Shown: positions 1 to 12,647 of the stretch, one piece after another
How positions within the stretch are numbered: the first letter of the stretch is position 1
Layout: each line of letters starts with the position of its first letter
Origin: Haliotis rufescens
Taxonomy: Eukaryota
Length of the DNA stretch: 64,000 bases
Assembly: GCF_023055435.1 (NCBI RefSeq)
Contig: NW_025963779.1
Span: 83,886,001-83,950,000 of the forward strand
Direction: 5' to 3'
Translations under genes and position numbers: made by a program
The notes under the pieces: model-generated
The model's input: only the letters and a program-made list of their open reading frames with translations
Told to the model about the DNA's origin: nothing
The model's database searches: none

Positions 1-50
1 TGAGACCGGACCACCTACTGCGAAATATATTGCTCGTGACGCGAGACAAA

Positions 51-236
51 CTAGCGCGTGCAGCGTGCTCGTGTGATAATGTGGAAGCTGGTAGCATTGA
101 ACATCCGGGCTATCGTGACCTTAGATAGCCCCGGATGATGATTGGGGTCAGGGCAGACCCTATCTGCCATCTTATCGGAAGGGTATCGGAATAGTGTCAG
201 TGAAAACGAAAGCAGATTGCTTCTTGATTTTGACAT
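51..236 (-). pseudogene. Possible highly decayed Penelope-like element fragment (RT-endonuclease linker)
   Basis: Translation KSRSNLL...DRVCPDPNHHPGLSKV resembles, by eye, the R-x-x-L-L...DRVPLV-x-T-Y-H-P-x-L linker of PLEs. No catalytic motif recognised. Confidence 0.25.
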
Positions 237-836
237 TTCTGTATGTATGAGATCTCAGTAGATTCTCAAAGTGTTGGCGGTTCACGTCATACTGTATTCT
301 AGTACGGTTCGCAGGAATGGAAGGATCTTGTTTTGCAATAATACTGTCATCGGGTCAGAAGGGCGTTGTCAGCAGGTCAGAGCTTCTCACCCAATGCATA
401 GCCTGCTACAAGGCAGCGTCAAACAACTAGAAACAAACACACCTGGTGCCTAGCACGTATAAGAGGAAGTACGTTTGCATCACAAACATATTGTATTCCC
501 CTGACAAATCTTCAGTCTGGTCAATATTGGCCTGCTGTCTAATGGACTGTGGAAGGCACCAGTCTGTCTTACAGACCCTGATACAAATATATCAGCCCAT
601 GCAAGTCTATAATGTTTGGCAAGTCTAGATTTCTGCAGTATCTGAAAATGAAGAGAGTCTCTGGGATCCTTTTTATTATTTTTTTATTAAGATAATTTAA
701 CAACTTTTTTACTCTACGATATGTTGATTTCAGAGACTTGATGTTAGTCTAGCACCAGCCGTAAACACCATAGAGCTATGCGGTGGAAGAGCTCAGACAG
801 GGGCTATAACATTACTTGGGATCTCATTCTTTCTGA

Positions 837-1120
837 GTGAGTGAGTGAGTGAGTTGGGTTTAACGCCGCTTTTAACAGTATTCCAGTAATATCGCGGCGT
901 GTCAGCTTAATGTGGGAGGAAAGCCCGAAGTGATGCAGGTCACAGACGTTTACCACTTCGGTGAAACCCACGGGCACGGGTATGGTGCTGACAAACCTAG
1001 AAACATAATCGGGGCGAACCAGGATTCGAACCCACAATCATAGATTTCTGGCGTGCCCAAGGGACGCAACTCTGCACAGCGAATCGCGGCGCCTTAGACG
1101 ACTGGGCCACCCGTGCCCCC
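837..1120 (-). mobile_element. tRNA-derived SINE family A (V-domain-like), full length
   Basis: Minus strand: A box TGGCCCAGTCG, B box GGTTCGAATCC, GTGGGTTTC...GCTTTCCTCCCACA body, (ACTC)n tail. 12-bp TSD cattctttctga at 825-836 and 1121-1132. Confidence 0.93.
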
Positions 1121-1396
1121 CATTCTTTCTGAAATTTTCATAGGCGTAACTGGTTATGTCCTTCAGCGATGCTAACATCGACATAGCTTACTTCTATATG
1201 GTGTTCAGTGCGTCTTCGAAGTGATGCATGTCATCTGGAGACAGTATCCCAGTCAACATGTCAGCGGTAGAAGCTTATGTATGGCACCAATAATGCACGG
1301 AAACAACAAATACACCAAGGAGTAACTACCACACATACAAAGTCATTACGGAGTTGAATAAGTAGTACGGACCAGACAAACCGTTGATTGCAATGA

Positions 1397-1671
1397 GTGA
1401 GTGAGTTGGGTTTAACGCCGTTTTTAACATTATTCCAGTTATATCACGGCGTGTCAGCTTAATGTAGGAGGAAAGCCCGAAGTGATGCAGATCTCAGACG
1501 TTCACCACTTCGGCGAAACCCACGAGCACGGGTATAGTGCTGACAAACCTAGAAACATAATCGGGGCGAACCCGGATTCGAACCATAATCAAAGGTTTCG
1601 GGCGTGCCCAAGGGACGCAACTCTGCACAGAGAATCGCGGCGTCTTAGACGACTGGGCCACCCGTGCCCCC
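1397..1671 (-). mobile_element. SINE family A, full length
   Basis: Near-identical to 837-1120. 12-bp TSD tgattgcaatga at 1385-1396 and 1672-1683. Confidence 0.93.
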
Positions 1672-1754
1672 TGATTGCAATGAACAGTGTCGGGTACACA
1701 AAATTAGCCAGATCGCACATCGGAATTATCTGATCTCCACGTGTCAAGCATGGC

Positions 1755-1988
1755 ACCCCCGTGTACATCCGGGTAACAATAGGTCTTCAGCAACACATGC
1801 TTGTCGTAAGAGGCGACTAATGAGATCGGCTGACTTGGTTGATGCACGTCATCGTATCCCAATTCGATGCTCATGATGTCAATCACTGGATTGTCTGGTC
1901 CAGAATAGATTATTCACAGGCCGCAGTCACATATTACTGAGTGCGGTGTTAAACAACAAACAAACAAACAAACGAATAACCAAACAAA
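1755..1988 (+). mobile_element. Retroposon family C (non-tRNA head), diverged copy with a single hairpin
   Basis: CCCGTG..ATCCGGGT..GGTCTTCAGCAAC..GCTTGTCGTAAGAGGCGACTAA head, shared body and tail, (AAAC)n end. tcaagcat repeated on both flanks. Confidence 0.85.
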
Positions 1989-3582
1989 TCAAGCATAGGA
2001 TACTGAGAACGGGATAACCACAGGGTTATCAAGATTCACATCAATGAAAGGTTAACAGCGGAAGACTGTACGCAGTTTGCTTTGATTGTGGTTGAGTTTC
2101 ATATCAACGAAATCTAGGAGTTAACGAGGATATGGGCGTATCTAGTGCGGACTATGTCTCGAACTCCGGCTAAATCGAAATGTTCCTTACGTCTCCAAAC
2201 ATTGAGCTGTCGGAAGCTTCCCGAAAAATTAGATGGCGCGGACTGCATCGGTGCCGAAAGACCATTCATTGCCACCCAGAGGGCTTTGAATAAACCCATG
2301 TCTGTGGGGTCCTGCAGTCCTTTCCCATCTATACATGACAGCGAGAGTGGCTGTTGTGTGAAGCCACATGCGGCAATAATCCAGGCACAACAAGACGGAC
2401 CAGGCAAATCAGTGGTTGATAGCATGAACATCGGAACCTGACACGCGATCATCAAGGTCACATATTGTTACCACCGTATGCTCTTCAGACGACACTTACG
2501 AAGGATGGATTGATAAGGGGACGTGCACAACAATGCCGAGACAATGCTTAGCCCACATTACACGAACATAGTCATTTGCTCAAGATTTTTTTGGAATGAT
2601 GGATACTTCTCCGATGAATAGATATTTGCATAGATATTTCCCGAGGATCAATCACTGTATACAACAATGGATTTTGAAGCACACCGCAAGTGACGTTATA
2701 CGCAAGGGGAAGATGTCATCCCGCCGGCAATACACTAAACAGCGCTTATCTCACGCTGAAAGGTCAGCACATCATGCACGTTCAAACCGAGCACACAAAG
2801 CCGACCAATCACACGTCACTTTCCAATCTCATGTCGGTATCCCTCCGCGCTGTAATCAATCTGATCTCCCAAGCGGCCGTGATTACTCAAATGCGATTAC
2901 CTTCCTCGGAACTTTATTTCTCACTTGGGATAAGACCCGAAGCAGCCGATACACTCATTTACAAATACTCTGTCAAAGAGCGCGTTGGGTATGATGTAGC
3001 TTCCAGCGACAACTTTATTACTTACAACCTGGGGATAATTGATGTCGGTTTGAGAGTAACGCAGGTCAGACCGATGACAGCTTACAACTAAAGTGGCGAA
3101 ATTTATTCATTAGATAGTTAGGAGGTGTCCTTGGGAGCAACCTGGCTTCATTGACGGCCGAACATTAAAAGCGGTGCTGAGGAGTTTGTGATCACATGGC
3201 AGTTTATTGGGCACAAAAGTCGCGCTTATATGCATAACTTTGCACAAATGGTTAAGAAAACACAGACATTAAGTCATGCACAAAGAGATATGTTATTTCA
3301 TCTTAGGTAATTCACGAAATGGAATCAGTACTGACGCGATCCGGAAAAGTGGGAATCTAAATTGGTGTTAGCGCTCGTCAAATGCATGGATTACCAGAAT
3401 GATATTAACCGGTACGGGTATAGGTCAGTGGTACAACGTCCCTGAAGGGATCCTGGGGGGTGGGTTCAACCCCCCAACTTGCCCCTGAGTATTTCTGTGT
3501 CAGCACCATGCCCGTTCTCCTGGGTGTAAGTGCTAAACATCCAGGTTTACAGAAATGCTGTTGAATTATAAATTGTCAATGC

Positions 3583-3748
3583 AAGAGAATAACCAGCCTT
3601 GATTTCCTGCCAAAACAGATTCCACTTGGCGTAAAGGGCAAATATCAGTGAACATTATACGAATGGACCACTGAAAATCAGTGATGACGCCAGGTGTTCG
3701 CGAAAAGGGTAAGCATGTTATTGTCCTATCGGTAGCACCGCCGTTCAC
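3583..3748 (-). mobile_element. Solo pseudo-LTR-like fragment of a Penelope-like element
   Basis: cagtgatgacgccaggtgttcgcgaaaagggtaagc matches the motif flanking the RT relic at 52.7/54.4 kb. 3583-3704 resembles 5731-5862. Confidence 0.65.
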
Positions 3749-4156
3749 ACAATTTCCTAAAACATTAAATGTTCGTGTAATGTTTGCATAAAAAGTAAGT
3801 TTTTATTGCCTGACGCACTACATCAGTACTTCTGCCATGCGACGTCAGCCTGTAAACAAACCAGACAATCAGTGGTCGATGAACCAGAAAATCCAGGGCA
3901 GTGAGAGTATCATCGCTGATTTTGTTGAAACCAATAAAACGGTATGTTTATTTTGAATTACGTCTTCTGTGAACAAGTGCAGAGATCTGCAGATTCTAAG
4001 TAAAGAAAACGTTAAAAAATATATTCGTTTTGCAACACAGTGGGGCTCAGTTTATATATCAAATTACAATTGACCGTCTAGTGGATATTTATCTATCCTA
4101 GATATACTATCTATATTTATTTATTCTAGTGAATAATCAGAGAGGAATCTAGGATT

Positions 4157-4250
4157 GACCGTCTGCCCGGGGAGCGGTTTGTCGGGGGTTCGACCTCCGC
4201 CCGCGTCATACTTAAGACGTTCAAAGATAAGGTACTTCTGGTTCTGCACG
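4157..4250 (+). mobile_element. Degraded SINE family D-like head, cut by an assembly gap
   Basis: B box ggttcgacc followed by cgcgtcatac..aagacgttcaaagataaggtactt, as in 17896-18244. Confidence 0.55.
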
Positions 4251-4392
4251 NNNNNNNNNNNNNNNNNNNNNNNNNNNNNNNNNNNNNNNNNNNNNNNNNN
4301 NNNNNNNNNNNNNNNNNNNNNNNNNNNNNNNNNNNNNNNNNNNNNNNNNNNNNNNNNNNNNNNNNNNNNNNNNNNNNNNNNNNNNNNNNNNN
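4251..4392. other. Assembly gap (N run); further gaps at 6745-6923, 7747-7888 and 7955-8094
   Basis: Runs of N of 142, 179, 142 and 140 nt. Confidence 0.99.
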
Positions 4393-4745
4393 AGTAGCTT
4401 GATACACATTGCACTGATCAAACAAATAGCTTGATACAAATTGCACTGTTCAAACAAATAGCTTGATACAAATTGCACCGATCAAACACATAGCTTGATA
4501 CAAATTGCGCTGATCAAACCAGTAGCTTGATACAAATTGCACTGTTCAAACACATAGCTTGATACAAATTGCACTGATCAAACAAATAGCTTGATACAAA
4601 TTGCACTGTTCAAACAAATAGCTTGATACAAATTGCACCGATCAAACACATAGCTTGATACAAATTGCACTGTTCAAACACATAGCTTGATACAAATTGC
4701 ACTGTTCAAACACATAGCTTGATACACATTGCACCGATCAAACTA
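4393..4745. repeat. 32-bp minisatellite, ~11 copies (tagcttgatacaaattgcactgatcaaacaaa)
   Basis: Direct tandem repetition; abuts an N-gap, so the true array may be longer. Confidence 0.95.
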
Positions 4746-4796
4746 GTAGCATACCTGCAATCTCAAGTCTGTCACGACAATACCTTCAAGCCAACA

Positions 4797-5057
4797 GACC
4801 CGTGAGGATCCGGGGTTGAATCGGTCTTCAGCAACCCATTCTTGTCGTGAAAGGCGACTATGCGTGTTGTAAGAGGCGACTAACGGGATCGGGTGGTGAT
4901 GCTCCCTTGGTTGATGCATGTCATCGTATTCCAATTGCGTGGATCGATGCTCATGATGTCAAACACTGGATTGTCTGGTCCCGCCTCGATTATTTAAAGA
5001 CCGCCGTCGTATAGCTGGAATATTGCTGAGTGCGACGTTAAACAATAAAGATACAAA
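4797..5057 (+). mobile_element. Retroposon family C, double-hairpin variant
   Basis: Starts GACCCGTGAGGATCCGGGG; two tandem (T)GTCGTAAGAGGCGACTA-like units; tail gctggaatattgctgagtgcgacgttaaac. Confidence 0.88.
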
Positions 5058-5073
5058 CAAACTAACATAGCAC

Positions 5074-5206
5074 GATGTTGTGTGACGTTATGTGTGACAT
5101 GCGTGTGACGTGTTGTGCGACGAGTGTGTCGTGTTGTGTGACGTGATATATGACGTGTTGTGTGACGTGTTGCGTGACGTGATGTATGACGAGTTGTGTG
5201 ACGTGT
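5074..5206. repeat. Degenerate ~12-bp tandem repeat (tgtgacgtgttg)
   Basis: Direct reading. Confidence 0.85.
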
Positions 5207-5324
5207 TTTGTTTGGGAAATTTGTATTTCTCTATACATATGTCGTCCATTCTGTACCTGATTCATCTTGTACCTAATGCACCTCTTCTGTGCCAGGACAT
5301 ACACGCCTCAATAGTACGAGCCAG

Positions 5325-6085
5325 AGTCATTGATAGCATCTATGTGTATTTAGGGGATAAGAATTTTAGAAAAGAAGTAGGCATCATCATGGGCACAAAT
5401 GTGCTCCCTTTATTGATGCTGATCTATTTTTATGCAAATGAATCGGAATTTCTGCTCGGGTTGACAAAGTAAAAAAAGAAGGGAATTTGGCCCCTTAAGC
5501 TTCAGGTATATCGATGATCTGAAAACGTTCAATAATGGTCAAATAGTCAATGCTGAACCATATTCCAGCAGCTCCACCCTCTTCCAACTTTTGAGGTGTA
5601 ATCGTGCATGCTCATTCTTCCCAGATTTCAAAGAGCGTCATACGACTCTTGCTCAAAAGTTGTTTGATCAGGGTTACAACAATCAAGGTCTCTGCAAAGC
5701 TTTTATGGAAATATATAAAGTGTCAGATGTAAGAGAATAACCAGTCTAGATTATCCGCCGAAACAGATTATAATCATAAAAAATTTATAAAGGTAAAAAT
5801 AGCTGTGAACATTATAAGAATTGACCACTGAAAATCAGTGATGACACCAGGTGTTCGCGAAAGAAGACACGTGGATGACATTTCCAAATTTGACGCATTA
5901 GGGACAAAAGTCAATTCCCTAGTTTGACTTGTACCATACATTCCAGTGTTTTATTCAGGTAAACAATTGACTTGCCTTTCCATTTGTTTGTTACGAGTAT
6001 CACCGGTGGGGCAGAATACGCTCACATTTTCGCGAACACCTCGTATCATCACTATTTGATAGTGATTCATAAATACATGATCATG
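5325..6085 (+). mobile_element. Decayed Penelope-like retroelement (RT 3' half plus pseudo-LTR motif)
   Basis: IDSIYVYLGDKNFRKEVGIIMGTN..LL..YANESEFL, FRYIDDL (~5502-5522), SQLLRCNRACSFFPDFKERHTTLAQKLFDQGY; frameshifts and stops. pLTR motif at ~5987-6080, with an inverted pLTR piece at ~5731-5862. Confidence 0.85.
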
Positions 6086-7559
6086 ATATAGTCGGAATGG
6101 CACGTTGGACTTTCCTTTAGTAGATTTCTTAAAATAATGAAAATGGTTTTATTTACTATAATGGTTAATGAATTCTTCAATGCCACGTACAGTGAAAGCC
6201 CCGTAGAGTGAAAGTTTGTCTAACGTCTACCGTTTTGTAGTTAGGGGGGTTAGTGAAAATAGCGTATTATAACTGAAGGATTGTACTTGAACTTTTCTAT
6301 CAAAGTAATGTGACACGACATCACTCGAAAGTCAGAGGGACAAGAGTGGATCACTACATCGGGTAGAACCGTCGTTGACAGGTTTCGGCGTCTGACTAGC
6401 GGGCGTACAACTACAGGGTTGTATATGTTACAGTCAATGTGTAAAATCAGTCAATTCCTAAAACGACTGAAAGTTTCACTTAGGCAATTTATAAAACGCC
6501 AAAATATTTCAGTCCTTTTATAAATAGTTTCCCGTCAGATAGCCTAAAAGTTATTAAGAATCTCAAAAGGGCTGCAAAACATCACAATATACTAATTATG
6601 TTAGGATTTGTAGCCAAAAAATATAAAATGTATGCATTGACTTTCGTATTCTTTTTATCATAATATTTTTAGTCACATGTTTGGAATTCGTTATCATGAT
6701 ATATTAAATGGAAAAATAATTGTATTTAGTCGGTTTGTAAATTGNNNNNNNNNNNNNNNNNNNNNNNNNNNNNNNNNNNNNNNNNNNNNNNNNNNNNNNN
6801 NNNNNNNNNNNNNNNNNNNNNNNNNNNNNNNNNNNNNNNNNNNNNNNNNNNNNNNNNNNNNNNNNNNNNNNNNNNNNNNNNNNNNNNNNNNNNNNNNNNN
6901 NNNNNNNNNNNNNNNNNNNNNNNATTTTGGCTCTTGGAAATCACCAAAAATAGAAAATACAAATAAGATACAAAAGTCCAAATATGAGCTGTATAATTAT
7001 ACTCAACCAGTTTCACGGATGTGAGTTTGAAACAATATATATATAAATATATCAAACATGAGGACCACAGAACAGACCAGGTATCACTCGTGCATTTGTG
7101 TCGACATTTTATACGATACCAGGAGATACGTTTATCTGTACATATATCAAGTTGCCACAGAAAGAACACCTGCGTCAAATTACAATGCGGGATCAGACTA
7201 TAGCCACACTATAATCACGCGGATCGCCTGCCACAGCACGAACAACACTGTATCGTTCTTCAATCAATCACATCGATTCATACTGAGTACAAAATTAAAT
7301 TGAAGGTGAAAAATCCTGGAGAGAGGTTAATGCTGTTCGACAAAGTTGAATATTTCTCATCTAGTTTTGACAAGATGACTTGGTTTGTTGTTTAATGGTT
7401 TGTGAAAGAGTCATTTAGATAAATATGATAAGTTATAATGTATTGATATTCAGTAGTTATCTGTGATATGAAGGGAGAGGCCATAATGGCCACGTTTACC
7501 ATGGTTCTGAGGTGTTAAGTTGTAGTATTACTAATGTATATGTCACACATGCTGCAATA

Positions 7560-7954
7560 ACACACACACACACACACATTCACACACGCCCATACACTCA
7601 TTCACACACACACACACACTTATTCACACACACTCATTCACTCACACACACGCACACACTCATTCACTCACACTCACACGCACACACACTCATTCACTCA
7701 CACCCACACACTCGTTCACTCACACCCACACACTCACACACTCGTTNNNNNNNNNNNNNNNNNNNNNNNNNNNNNNNNNNNNNNNNNNNNNNNNNNNNNN
7801 NNNNNNNNNNNNNNNNNNNNNNNNNNNNNNNNNNNNNNNNNNNNNNNNNNNNNNNNNNNNNNNNNNNNNNNNNNNNNNNNNNNNNNNNCGCACGCACACA
7901 CACGCACACTCATTCACTCACACCCACACACTCGTTCACTCACACCCACACACT
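7560..7954. repeat. (CA)n/(CACT)n compound microsatellite spanning gaps
   Basis: Direct reading. Confidence 0.95.
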
Positions 7955-9486
7955 NNNNNNNNNNNNNNNNNNNNNNNNNNNNNNNNNNNNNNNNNNNNNN
8001 NNNNNNNNNNNNNNNNNNNNNNNNNNNNNNNNNNNNNNNNNNNNNNNNNNNNNNNNNNNNNNNNNNNNNNNNNNNNNNNNNNNNNNNNNNNNNNTATTCA
8101 CCAGTGTTTACATATTTTAACCTGTACCCGATGTGTTTGGTTAACTTCAGATTGCAAGTCCGAATAATGAGTAAATTAAGCACGAGTATCGTATCCCTTC
8201 CCTCTAAACTTGTAAAGAACCGGGCAGGATGTAACTTAAACTTTTTACAACGTTTAACTTATAAACAACTTCCTGTATTGTGAACACCACGAGATTCGAA
8301 TAAACGCCATTTCTCAAAACGATTGTAAGCTTCAATATGACAGCTGCTTGATGTTTTTAGGCAAGATTTATTTAAAGCTATGTAAATTAGTACGTTAAAA
8401 CAGTGAAGAACGGCACATATAACACATCCACTGACATGTACGTCATCCCTTGTCTGAAATATACGTCAAGTTCTACAATGACAACATAGTCTGACATCTT
8501 TCAGCAAACATATTTTTGAATGTGATGACCTTGCGAAATCTTCTTCTGTATGTAAACATAAATATTTTTTTTAAATGTTTAACCTGAACTATCTTCGTAA
8601 AAGGCGTCGGAGTTAAAGGCCTACATGGCAATGTTTGGCCCGAATCCACCAGACAAATATCTCTACAAACGTATCGTCTCGTAAAAACGATATTCACTCG
8701 TTTATGTTGCAGCTGTTGTTTAATAGCTTGTGTTTCAATTACCTAAGACATGTGTGATCCCATGATATTGGCTACACACGACGCTAGTGGAACCCTATAC
8801 CCCATACAGGTGTATGTAATAACGCTGTCAATGTGCACCCTGGCCATGAACAGGGACTATAAAAGTTGGACCGTCACGAAAGGAAATTAGCTGGCTTTCA
8901 TGCCCAGTACTCAAAGATCCATGTGCGAAAATATTCGTAGAATATTTCATATTTCAGTCCATGTAAAGTTTTAAAAAACCCAAAGGTTTTCACTTTTCAT
9001 ACAAACAGGGATTGTATTGGTTCGTTCTGGTCAGTGAAACAATCACTGAAATGTTCATTCGTGCAAATCCATATTTTCTATAAAATCCCGAAAATTTGAA
9101 AATGAAGTTAACATATCGAAATGGCATGTTCAAATCATATTAAAACTAGAAATACAGTGGGTTGTCTGTTTATCTTTAAGTCACAAAAGGACTAGCACAT
9201 GGCAATTTCTTTATTGTGACTAATACTAATATTTAAGTTAGATGTATTTGCTAAATCTAATCGAAAAAACTACATGATTGTCCAATTAATAACGATTAAC
9301 AGGGATATACCTGCCCCTCCCTGTATAGAACATGTACGTTCCCTGTCGAACATGAAAATAATTCACAAAGGTGTTTAAGTGCAACGCTTTTCTTTCTAAC
9401 GATAATCCAACCATGAAATGTATAAATATGACAAATAATTGTTGTACAAGAGGTACTTGACGATATGTGTCTCGGGACCTAAATTA

Positions 9487-9536
9487 CAGGTACGCTAGGG
9501 AGAACCAGGTAAACACTCTCGCACACCTGTCAGGTG
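9487..9536. promoter_or_regulatory. CAGGT(G/A) cluster 1 (4 sites)
   Basis: CAGGTA 9487 and 9506; CACCTG 9524; CAGGTG 9531. Function is inferred. Confidence 0.45.
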
Positions 9537-10616
9537 TTCCCGCGTTCTTGATTAACCCCATTGTGATATGCTCTATCCTACTTATGTATACCCTCATCCA
9601 CAACCATCGTTTTCACATCTTTCCGTCCCGACTGAGCGAATGTCGCTCCACACAGCCGTCCGACTGTTTGAGATACGTCAACGATGAACGTTGTTGTGAA
9701 GTGTGGCTGTTTGGTTTTATAAGGGATGTACGTTTGTTAGTGAAAGATGTTCAGGGATGACAACGGGATCGCTCGTCTGTAAAGGATTTAAAAAGTGTAA
9801 ACCAATAAATTGTGTAACTGTTTGATTCAGAGTTGCTATAGATACTCAGCTCCCGTTTATATCGCCAATGAATTTCTATTGAGGAGTTCTAGGTTGTTGA
9901 AAGCACGTGTTACGGAACGCTGGCCACAGCAGTGCTGATTAAAAAAGCTATTTATGTTAAATTGACTGAAGATGTCGGTGAGGGATCTATCTTATAAATA
10001 GTCGCATAATAACGATTATTCGTTACAACTTTGGTTTTGTCATCAACTGGGCTCCCTTTGAATACAAGCAATATGAAGGAGCACCCATGTGCTTCCTATG
10101 GTAGTGAATTGTAAGGCTCGCTCTAGCCACACGGCTCAAGTCATCCGCGTTGATGTATTAAAATAGGAGTATAGGATGCAAGACTATTGACATGTCTGTT
10201 CATAGAACCAGTTTTATACGCTTTCAAAGATTGACCCCTTAAATAATAAGTCACACATCTCTCTTAGCTGTATCTTACCCAAACGCTTCAAATATGTTTT
10301 AAGTGTCTCATATGGTTTCAAAGCAATCATATCATATCGCTTAATATCAAATAGGATTTCATATCATATCAGTCACAGGCAGGGTGGTTTGTACGCCTGC
10401 ACTAAAAGTATCAAGGTAAAATCAGATCAAGTATTTCGGCACGAAATGTAGAAATTGATGTTAGCTCTTCTTGGGTCGAATAGAAACATTTTCATATTCC
10501 CGAATTAATAATATTATTTTCCGAACAATAAATACATATTAATGCGGAATATAAAAAAATTTGTCCTATATATGACACAAGCGTTCGCGTCGGCCTAATA
10601 TGTCACAGAACCTGTA

Positions 10617-10707
10617 CAGGTGATACAATCACGGCTACCTGTCGCGCTCGGCGTTATAATCAGCACACACCTGTTGAGCTTGCCGCGTTGATTGACAAAC
10701 CCAGGTA
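10617..10707. promoter_or_regulatory. CAGGT(G/A) cluster 2 (4 sites)
   Basis: CAGGTG 10617; TACCTG 10636; CACCTG 10668; CAGGTA 10702. Function is inferred. Confidence 0.45.
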
Positions 10708-11510
10708 AGACTGATAGCGCACGACAGCGGAGCTCCTCTCGCCTGCTCGCTACTTGTATATCCTATATTAAACTACTTGGGCGAGAGTACTTTGATCCTC
10801 GGGCGCATTCCTGTCATACAGGCAGAGATAAGGCGTCTCTATCGTCACCCACGATAAGGCGACTCTACCCTCACCCCCTCGACAGAGGACACCGTGGGTG
10901 GGGGACAGGTTTTAAGGCGGGAAATATTTATATTTCATACCCAAATATTTCCAGTATTATGAAAATGTTATAGGTCTCCTGTGTCCCACCACCTCGAGGG
11001 TTTTTTCACACTTTTTTAAATGTCCCTGTCAGAAATGACATTATTATGACATCTATATGACGCCCGCTACGGGGAACTCTGCAATGAAATAACACATTGC
11101 TGACGGGGATTTGAGTTTGGGATCAGGAGCGAATAAAACGCAATCACTCAAACAGTATTCGGTTTATTTTCTCTAATAAAAAGTATGGTTCAAGTTTTGT
11201 AAAGACTTTTCAAACAACTTTGTAAAAGTAATGTTTTAATTGTTAGTTCCCTGTCCCTGTTCTGTTAAGTGTACATATTACAGATATATGAGAATTACTT
11301 AAATTCGAAAAAGGACATTTAATACGACGTTTTCCCCTCGTTTTCACGGGTTAGCGTGTAAGAATAGTGAATTTTTCGATGTAGCTGGATGTCACTTTGC
11401 GAAATATATTTGAATGAGTTTTATAACCTGTCGAAATCTTGTCGAACCCTGTTCTTCAGGACGCCTTGTCAAACCTGTTTTTAAAATTTGTTTTAAAGTT
11501 AACGGTATAT

Positions 11511-11820
11511 TGTAGTAATCAGATACACTTTCACTGCCAGCTTCCGTTTCCCGAGAGAAGTACTGTGAGTCATATACCAACAATATATTCATGAACACAA
11601 CACTTTCAAATCTCGGCGGTATACGAACCTCTTTATCGGCGGCCCTTCACGCTACCACCTGTGCTAGCGAGACTACTGTCGTCACAATTGTAACTTTTTA
11701 CCAAGTCACCATTAACTAAGCTTGGTTTATTTATGCATTTTATGTAACTATTGCACTGGTGGAATATATGTTATACAATTGCCTGTGAATCTGATTTGCA
11801 CATATAATCTCAATTTCAAT
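11511..11820. repeat. Diverged direct duplicate of 13791-14113
   Basis: Shared blocks tgtagtaatcaga(t/c)acactttc, ccttcacgctaccacctgtgcta, gtcaccattaac and tgcctgtgaatctgatttgcacat in the same order. Confidence 0.85.
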
Positions 11821-12647
11821 ATATATATATATATAAATTCTAAACATGTTTAAACTCTAATTCAAAACATTTTAAGATTATGGGGATGTTGTGTTTTAAT
11901 GGTGTTCAGGTTGTGAGATGATAGCTAATTTCATGTGTTTACACCATAACGTCTTCAGATAGGACACATGAAATGTGTTTTCCATTTGGGATTTGAACAC
12001 ATTCCTAAACAGATTTAGATCTAAACATACCTCTGTGTGTTTACATTCTAAACACATTTTACAGATCGCTGCTTAAGAAGAGATACGCCTTAACTACATC
12101 TGAATGTGGAACTATTTGTTCCGTAAGGTCAATCACTGTTGTGTTTACATGTACTGAATAATTCGTGTTTGTGGTGTCGATATATCATTCTTGTTTATCA
12201 TGCGATCAGTCATTGTCCTTCCAGAAGTATTTTTCAACAAACTCCCCTAAAAATATACATACCTTCTTCCCACGAAACCAAACAACGTCAATTATGAAAA
12301 ATATAAGAATTCTGGTGACGACAACCCCGCTTCAGTTTTAAATGTTACAATCGTCCCTGTATAAATCACAGGAAACCTCAAATCAGTATAACGCTCACTA
12401 AAAAACATTAACCTACAAGTCACAAAAATGCGCTCTCTTAAACCATTTATCATTAATCATGCAGCCGTCATAGTTTTAAAACACATCCATACTACATGGC
12501 CGTGCATTAACTTGGTAGAAGGGATATATGTTTCTGTAAAAGTAAAACTATTTGTAGCCACCCTTGATGATTTATCATTACAATCTCGAGAAACAATATT
12601 AGGGGCAAGCAAACAATCACCCCATAAACACCTATGGGAAAATTTAT

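Noticed and set aside
338-356. miR-8/miR-200-like start TAATACTGTCA
   Set aside because: The match stops after 11 nt and no precursor hairpin was seen.
4121-8183. ORFs containing X runs
   Set aside because: They are artefacts of translating through N-gaps.
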